64,000 nt of DNA from the human T2T-CHM13v2.0 reference genome, Homo sapiens, in NCBI RefSeq assembly GCF_009914755.1, contig NC_060938.1. One strand, given 5' to 3'. A model generated the notes under the pieces. The model had not been told where the DNA came from and searched no databases. It worked only from the letters and a program-made list of their open reading frames with translations. A program made the translations under genes and the position numbers. Positions 56,337-64,000 of the stretch are shown one piece after another (position 1 is the stretch's first letter; every line of letters begins with the position of its first letter).

Positions 56337-57894
56337 GAACTTTTATTTAGAAAACATATGAGAAAATTTTTGTGAGTTAGGCAGAGTTCTAAAACTTGAC
56401 ACCAAAGCAAAAATAACTTAAAAATTAATAAAGTTTACCTAATCAAAGTTAAAAATTTCTGATTGGTGAACAATCCTGTTGTAAAAAGGATGGAAAACAA
56501 AACTTCAAACTGAGAGAAAGTATTTGCAAAATACAAAACTGCCAAAAGACTAATATCTAGTACATATAAAAACCTTTTAAAACTTCACAGTTAAAAAAAA
56601 CAAACCAATTAGAAAATTGGCAAAATATGTAAACATGTGTCACCAAAAACAATACACAGATGGCAAGTAAGCACATAAAAAGGTGCTTCAACATGACTAA
56701 CAGTCAGAGAAATGCAAATTAAAACCACATGATATATTACTACCCATCTGTCAGAATGGCTTTTTAAAAATAGGGACAACAATAAATGCTGTTGAGGAAC
56801 TGGATCTCACACACTGCTGAAGGATATGGAAAATGGTATAGCCACTCTGGAACTCCAAACATGCAACTATCTTACAACCCAGCAATTGCCCTTGCGGGCA
56901 TTCATAATAATGTATGTGAGAGGTCAAGCATACCATGGAATATGAGTTAACAATAAAGAAGAATGAACTATTGATATATGCAACATCTTGGATGTATCTC
57001 CAGGAAAATACAAGTGAAAAAGAAAGCCAATCCCAAAAGATTCCACAATAAATAGTATCTTGAGATAAATAAATTATAGAAATGGAGAATGGTGCCCTTA
57101 GGGATGAAAAATTAAAGATGGGTGTGGCTTTTAAAGGGCAACAGGAGGGATCCTTATGATGATGAAATTGTTCTGTATTTTTATGATATCAGTGTTTGGA
57201 ATTTTTACTGTATCATTTGTATCTTGATTGTGATATTATACTACAGTTATACCAGATGTTTCTATTGGGGAACTGGGCAAGTGGTACACAGGACCTCTGT
57301 ATTATTTCTAATAAGTACATGTGAATCTATAAATTTATTTTTTAATGCGTAGTTAAAATATTTATTGTTATATATTTGTGTTTAATCCTGTATTTTCTCT
57401 CCATGTACTTTTTTTCTTTTTTAAGAATTCAGATGTATATAATCAGTGTGGTAGTTAAGAGTATTAGCAACAAAGCAACAATCATGTTTATGTTTTGTAT
57501 TTCCTTAGATTTATTTCTGATTGTGTTGCTAATTTCAATGGGACTTTTCCCATTAAATTTATTAATTGGTTACTGTTACTGTATAACATTACAATTGGAT
57601 CATTCCTTCCCTCCCTTCCTGTCTCTTTTCCTATCTCTTTCTCTCTTCTTCTTTTTATTCTTCCTTTCATTCCTTATTAACTGCATAAACAAAGCTGTGA
57701 GTTAATGCTATCCTTAGTTCAGGACACTTTAATAATTTTGTTCCATACAAGGCATCATCTTTTTTTATTTACATGCATATTTATTTATTCTCTTTCATGA
57801 AAATCTCTCATTTCTCTGCCTCTATATATAGGAAACCACTTTAATAAGTTTAAAGTAGACTTTGATAGTTATTTTATTACAAGATAAATTTCCT

Positions 57895-57929
<35 letters not shown>

Positions 57930-58409
57930 TTTTAATTTACAGGAATGTTATTAACTCATTGATTGTATTATTCTATCTTCTCTTTTCCCCAAGTACTTGT
58001 TTTGAAAGATCTATTCATGTTTCTATGTATTTAATTGCTCAACTACTTTTAATTGCTGTGACATAGTCAGTGGTGTGCATCCACATTTTAATAATCAACT
58101 AATAGTCACGGGAACCCAGATTGCCTCCAACTCCCCAGCACTACATAAAATGCAACAATGGGCACTCTCATAAATGTCTTCTTATGGACTAGGTAATAAT
58201 TTCCTTGGGATGTATACCTAGGAACAGAATGGCCAGTTAGTAGGATATGTGCACACTAATGTAACTAAGTACTGACAGATTGTTCACGGGAATAACTCCT
58301 CTAGTTCACATCTTATCCATACTTGGGTGAAGTTCTTACCTCTTTGCTAAGTATAAAATCAGACTTATTGATGTTTTAATATGCATTTTTCTGATTACCA
58401 ATGATTTTT

Positions 58410-58577
58410 TGTTTAATTTTAATTTTTAGAAACAGAGTATCACTCTGTTACCCAGGCTGGAGTCCAGGGGCACAATCATAGCTCACTGCTGCCTGGAACT
58501 CCTAGGCACAAGTGACCCTCCCACCTCTTCCTCCTGAGTAGCTGGCATTATAAGCTCCAGCCACTGCACCCTGCTAA
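58410..58577 (-). mobile_element. FRAM or lone Alu monomer
   Basis: agaaacagagtatcactctgttacccaggctggagt...ccactgcaccctgct. Confidence 0.85.
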
Positions 58578-59353
58578 TTTTAAACTTTTGGTCATTCTCT
58601 TGTTAACTTATTGGGAGAGGGTTTCCTGTATGTAAATATCCTTTTCATACCCTTGGCACATTTTTCCATTATTAATGTCTTTTTCTTGTTGATTTCATAA
58701 GTTCCTTATATCTTTGAATCTTTTTAAAGTTTAGACATTGCAAATAGTTTTTTTAATAAATTTTGTCTACTATTAATTTTTCCATAGTATTTTTTGATTG
58801 ATAGGAGTTCTTATTTTGATGAGTCAAAATTATCGGTTTATTTCTTTATGGCCTGTGCTTTTAGAAGTTGATTAAAATCATTTCTCATCCCTGAAACAGA
58901 AAGATATTCTCATAATAGCATTAAAATTACACATATATTTAAACCACTTGAGTTCATCATTGTCCATAATCCAGTGTTTGTCCATATAGTAAACCAATGT
59001 TTTCATCATTTCCTGATTTATTTTTGGTGCCCCTACTTTTATATATTAATCTAAGTTCCACTGGTTCAACTATCTGTTCTTCTACCAACTCCACCTTGTT
59101 TTCATCCCCAAGCCTTTGTAATGTGTACTATACAGGGAAAGGCAACTTCCTCTTTTTATTCTTTTTTTTTAAATTGAACTTATTAATTATTCATGGTCCT
59201 TGATTTCTCCTCATAAATATGTAAGTAAACTTATCGAGGAGTTCTGAAAACATATCCAAAGGGAATATTCATTGAATTTTCAATTAATTTATACATTGAC
59301 TTGGGGATAATTATTATCTTTAGGTTAAGAGGACTGTTGTTTCACTTTATAGT

Positions 59354-59719
59354 AAGGGTTGACAGATTTTAGTCCATGATGGACCAAATCTGGCCTGCTG
59401 CTTATTTTTATATGGCTCACAGTCTAATACTTTGAAAAATATTTTTAAATGGTTGAAAAATATTTTAAGACATGTGAAAATACATAGATTTTTAATTTCA
59501 GTGTCCACAAGTCAAATTTTATCTGAGTACAGCCACACCTAAGTTTGTTTACATGTTGTCTGTGGTCGCTTTCCTATTACTTTCCTTCAAAGTTAAATAG
59601 TTGCAATAGAGATCAGACACACAAAGAGAGCTGCAAAAAAGACCCATAAAGCCTAAAAAATTTCCTATCTGGTCCTATATGGCCTATCTGGCCATAAAGA
59701 AAAAGTTTACTAATATTTG
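59354..59719. mobile_element. MER58B-like hAT-Charlie transposon
   Basis: gaccaaatctggcctgctgc...atttcagtgtccacaag...aaagcctaaaaaatttcctatctgg...aaaaagtttact. Confidence 0.78.
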
Positions 59720-60960
59720 TCCTGGAGCATAAATGGCTGTAGATTGAGATACCTTCTTTTGTTACAATTTTTACCATAAAGTTAACTATTTAAATCTAAA
59801 CAGATCTTATAGGCTTGTTGCCATAGCTAATAGTATCCTATTTTTATTAATTTTTAATTAGCCTATTGCTGTTTTCAAGAATTTCTATTTGTTTAAGGTG
59901 ATGTGACATCTATCAGGATTGTTGAACTATTTAGTTCAATTTTTGATTCAGTAATTTGTTCAACCTGGATGATTGTACTATGTGCAAATAATAAAAAGAT
60001 TTTTTTCTTCTTTGCAATTCTTAAATTCTAATCCCCTTTTCTTTTTCTTAAAGCATTGTTCAAAACCTCCCAATCCTATATTTAAAAGTTTCGATGTTGG
60101 TAGACATTCTTTTATTATTGAACTTAAGGGGTTATATCTAAAGTTTATTTTCAAAATCACCTTTAAGATTTGGGAATGCAAACATTATCAATTTTTAAAT
60201 GTTTTATTCTAATCTCATATTGTTATATTTATTATAAGTAAGTGCTAAAGTGAATGAAATACTGTTTCTTCATATATTATAATGATGATTTTATAATTCT
60301 ATTAAATGTAAAAACCATTGTTAAATTTTCTGATGTTAAAAACTCCCTAACTCCTCAGATAAATTCTACTTAAAAATGACAGTATATTTAAATACACGAA
60401 TTGCTTTTAGAGAGCTAATATGATATTTAGGGTTTCTGTAACTATGTACATATATAAAGTTAGATTTCAAATTCCTTTCATGTATTTTTCTTATATAGTT
60501 TTAAAACCAATAATTTATTAGCCTTATAAAGTAAGCACCACAGTTGTTTATTTTTTCCTACTCTCTAGAATAAGCTATATAAATTGAAATTCATTCTTCT
60601 TGGAAATTATTATAACTCACCAATAAAAGCATATAGACCTCAGTTTTGGTGGGAAAGAAGATCTTCCTCTACCATTTTATTTTCTAAATAGTAATTGTTC
60701 TATTCATGCACTCTATTTCTTTTTCAATTTTGATAAGTTTTCAAGTGTTTTTGTTTTTCATTTTTCTGAATTTTCTCCTTTTTCTTTTGAAAATTTAGCC
60801 AAATAACTGTTAATGTTTTTAGAAACAGTTTAATTTTGCTCATCTGCCCCACAGTTTTTGTTTTATTGACTTTTTATAGCTTTATTATTTCCTCCTGCTT
60901 TTACTTTATGTTGTTCTTTTTTAACTATTTGATTTATATGTGTAATCCATTTATTTCTTT

Positions 60961-61258
60961 TTTTCTTTTATTTATTTTTTGTTTGTTTTTGGGACAGAGT
61001 CTCTTTCTGTCACCCAGGCTGAAGTGCAGCAGCCCAACTATGGCTCACTGTAGCCTCGGCCTCTCTGGCTCAATCCATTCTCCTGCTTCAGCTTCCCAAG
61101 TAGCTAGGTCTACATGTATGTGCTAACGTGCCTGGCTAATTTTTGCATTATTATTTTTTTTTCTTTGTGGAGATGAGATTTTGCCATGTTGCCCAGGCTG
61201 GTCTTGAACTCCTGGGCTCAAGCAATCTGCCTGTTTCAGCCTCTCAAAGTTCTAGGTA
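60961..61258 (-). mobile_element. AluJ, slightly 5'-truncated
   Basis: T-rich tail, gggacagagtctc...cccaggctggtcttgaactcctgggctcaagc. Flanked by tatttcttt. Confidence 0.9.
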
Positions 61259-61389
61259 TTTCTTTAATACACTATTTTTTTAGGTTGAGTGGAGAGTTCC
61301 CATATACACACCTACACACACACATTCATGCAAGCACACGCGTACACACACACACACACCTAGCTTCCCTCACTGTCAACATCTCACAC

Positions 61390-62097
61390 TGATATGGACA
61401 CAAGGCAGGAGGACAGGGTCCCTGGCAAGGGCTCCATCCTTAAGAAACCTAGATGGCCTTCGGCCTTCAATGAAAACAGGCATTCCTGTTTTCAGGCCCA
61501 AATGTTGCCTTTTCCAAGACCACTCTGGCCTGCTCCGTCCCCAGTTCTGTGCCCATAAGAACCTCAAACCCCAGGCTCCACAAGAGCGGCAGCGGCATGA
61601 CAGAGAAGGAGAGAAGAGAAGAAGCGTCTGAACCTTGTGAAGAGTTCAGCTGGGGATGGTAGGAGAGGAGTTCGGCCATCCCCGAGGGAAATTATCTTCC
61701 CAATCCAGGGGAAGATTATCTTCCCAATCCAGGGGAAGATTATCTTCCCAATCCAGGGGAAGATTATCTTCCCAATCCAGGGGAAGATAATCTTCCCATT
61801 CCATCTCCTTTCCAGCTCCCCTTCCACTGAGAGCCACTTTCACTGCTTAATAAAACATCTGCATTCCCATCCTTCACGTCTGCGTGACCTGATTCTTTCC
61901 GGACGCCGGACAAGAACCCAGGTACCAAGAGGGCAGGATGTAAAAGACTGTCACCCTGACTCGCTGCTGAGCTGGTTAACACATCCTTCCATGGACAGCA
62001 AGGCTAAAAAAGGATTGTAGCACACGTGAGCTCTGCCACGGGGCAGGTACAAGGCCTGCTCCTGCTGGAAAGAAGTAACAGGTGGTTCCAGCTCACT
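61390..62097 (+). mobile_element. MER50-like ERV1 LTR
   Basis: tgatatggaca...aaatgttgccttttccaagaccactctggcc...ccactgagagccactttcactgcttaataaaa...ggacgccggacaagaacc. Confidence 0.8.
61683..61802. repeat. 5 x 24-bp minisatellite; each unit carries the palindrome GGGAAGAT-T-ATCTTCCC
   Basis: Unit CAGGGGAAGATTATCTTCCCAATC. ATTATCTTCCC occurs at 61691, 61715, 61739 and 61763, and ATAATCTTCCC at 61787. Confidence 0.97.
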
Positions 62098-62714
62098 TTT
62101 TTCTTGAATTATTTTTTGTTTGTTTGTTTGTTTTTCTATAAGGTTCCCATCAACCATGGGTTGTAGAAGTATTCCTACATGGTAGTTTTTGTGCATTTTT
62201 ACTGATTGTGTTATTTTTACATTAGTTTCTTCAGTTGTAATTTCCATTCATTAGACAGAATATATATCTAGAATTGACACTTATGTGCAAACTTACATTT
62301 ATTTTTCCATGAGTTTTTTTTTTTAATTTTCCATTTGGAACTCCAAAGCAAAGACAGAAATTCTTGTAGGTTCAATGGGTAAATAACATAGATTTACTCA
62401 TACTGTTTAATGTTGGGAACAATAATTCCAAAATCCTAGTCAAGGTGGAATCTTGTGTAATTTTGAGGGTCGAAACACATAATTCATGTTTCTGATTGAG
62501 TTTTTATATTCAAGTACAAAAGACCCCTCGTTCATCAAATAATCATCTTTTGAACTTATAGCTCTGTATTATGTCCCTTTGTCTATTATGTTTTCTTTGC
62601 ATTCTCTTTCTCTTCTAGTTGGCCATATTCTTTATTTGTTACTATTTTATTTTGTCATGCATACCTGCATACATCTGTGTTTGTTTACCTCACATGATGT
62701 AGAAATGAAAACTT

Positions 62715-62830
62715 CAACCAGAATTTCATCTTGGGAAAGTCACTTAATTCCGTTAGGCCTTATTTTTCTTATTTTTACAATGAAAATTTTGGAACTAAAT
62801 GTAGTTTGGATTCTCTTTGCAAAAATCTAT
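62715..62830 (+). mobile_element. MIR remnant
   Basis: atcttgggaaagtcacttaattccgttaggccttatttttcttatttttacaatga. Confidence 0.65.
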
Positions 62831-63087
62831 AAACTTATAATTATCAGATAAAATAAATAATTACTGGAATGAGAAATATATGCCAGAATAAAAGTAAAAT
62901 TGCAAACTATATTTAGCAATTAGGAGTAGACTTCAATGTCTCTTACCCTTGGAATATCATACGAGGGTTTTTAAATAGACATATTTACCTACTTTTAACA
63001 GGTAGTTCTGATGGAAGAAGTTATCTAAAGAAAGGCTAGAAGCAGAGAAAAACATTTGCAGGAGATGTAAATTGATTGATGTATTGG

Positions 63088-63458
63088 TGCTGCAGACTGA
63101 AAGTTTGTGTCCCCCCAAAATGCATATGTTAAAATCCTTGCCCTCCAGGTGATGGTAATGGAAAGGGGGCTTTTTGGAGATGATTAGGTTATGATGACAG
63201 TGCCCTGTGAATAGGATTGGTGCCCCGTATAAGAGACCCCGGAGAGCTCCCTAGCTGTTCTTCCTCTATGTGAGGACACAGTGAGATGATGGCTGTCTAT
63301 GAATCAGGAAGAAGGCTCTCATCAGACACTGAATCATCTCCCAGCACCTTGACTTTGATCTTCACAGCCTCAAGAACCATAAGAAATAAATCTCTGTTAA
63401 CTAAAATCCACCCTGTCTGTGTCTATAATACTCTATTAGGGCAACCTGAAATCAGACA
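63088..63458 (+). mobile_element. MLT1A/A0-like solo LTR
   Basis: tgctgcagactgaaagtttgtgtccccccaaaat...atgtgaggacacagtgagatgatggctgtctatgaatcagg...cagaca. Confidence 0.87.
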
Positions 63459-64000
63459 CTGGAAAATCTGCTGCATGGATCTTTCTCCTCCCAATCCTCT
63501 CTTTCCCCAATAGAGCCTTGTAAGTGCTTTTACATTTCAGTGAAAGTAGATGAAATTAATACCTGGTGAGTTTCCTCAGTTGTTAAATAAGTTACTTGAA
63601 TGCTGCTTCCAAGAATTTGACTGGGAACACAATCAGGGAGAAGACTATGTAACCCACATTATTACCCCATTAAATATTTTCCATGATTTCTTGGTTTTCT
63701 GTGGTTCCACAAAAACAAGGAAAAACATAATCCTGCATCATCTTAAATAATATTAGAGAGTTTTGACTGCATGTCTACTGACAGCCAATCATAGCAATAC
63801 AAGGAACAAAATACCCACTATCCCTGACCTTCTGGAACAGTGTTGTACTAGGGAGGTTAAAACTCTATGCATTGGAGCCCTTTATCAAACAATGTTTAGC
63901 TCTCTTTGGTTCTTTAAGGATTCACATTTGTAGCGAATAGCTAGAAATACCAGTGCAGTATTTGGCATTGCATTTAATGAAATACAAAGAGACTGAAATT

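Larger units (their letters stand above)
51255..57345 (+). mobile_element. Old L1 (L1MD-like), ORF2 to 3' end, split by six later insertions
   Basis: Colinear L1 pieces from the endonuclease region (ctctcagcaatcaatagaactactagac) to the 3' UTR (gggtgtggcttttaaagggcaacaggagggatcc...catgtgaatcta). Confidence 0.8.
57780..60950 (-). mobile_element. Ancient L1M (L1ME-like) fragments interrupted by FRAM and MER58, with (TG)14 at 57899-57926
   Basis: ttccttgggatgtatacctaggaacagaatggcc and atgcatttttctgattaccaatga, among others. Confidence 0.65.

Noticed and set aside
61683-61802. CRISPR-like array of palindromic 24-bp repeats
   Set aside because: There are no unique spacers and no cas genes, and the context is a primate LTR. 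It is a head-to-tail minisatellite.
61564-62020. Repeat-containing ORFs (IIFPIQGK, IIFPWIGK, WEDNLPLD)
   Set aside because: They stay open because the unit length is a multiple of 3 and lacks stops. There is no coding evidence.

Overview
This is 64 kb of AT-rich, repeat-dense primate (human-like) non-coding DNA, either intergenic or deep intronic. I can support no protein-coding exon, RNA gene or CRISPR array. The only ORFs with recognisable protein motifs are broken LINE-1 ORF2 remnants. Most of the window is a fossil record of mobile elements: a near-full-length older primate L1 (about 18.6-25.3 kb) inside a hAT-type DNA transposon; a 6-kb L1MD-like element split by six later insertions; a twin-primed L1PA; about 11 Alu/FRAM copies, none obviously AluY; 7 THE1/MST and several MLT1 solo LTRs; MER50 and MER67 LTRs; and Tigger2a, MER47, MER81, MER58 and MER5 elements plus L2 and MIR relics. 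Subfamily names come from my recall of consensus sequences and need Dfam/RepeatMasker confirmation. I found no demonstrable new biological system. The best leads are (1) a near-consensus CTCF site with retained CpGs at 27.7 kb, (2) a nearby unexplained ~160-bp diverged local duplication (28.2/29.8 kb) that keeps SOX- and NR4A-like motifs, (3) a 5x24-bp array of palindromic GATA/CCAAT-containing units expanded inside a MER50 LTR (61.7 kb), and (4) several template-switch or fold-back repair scars.
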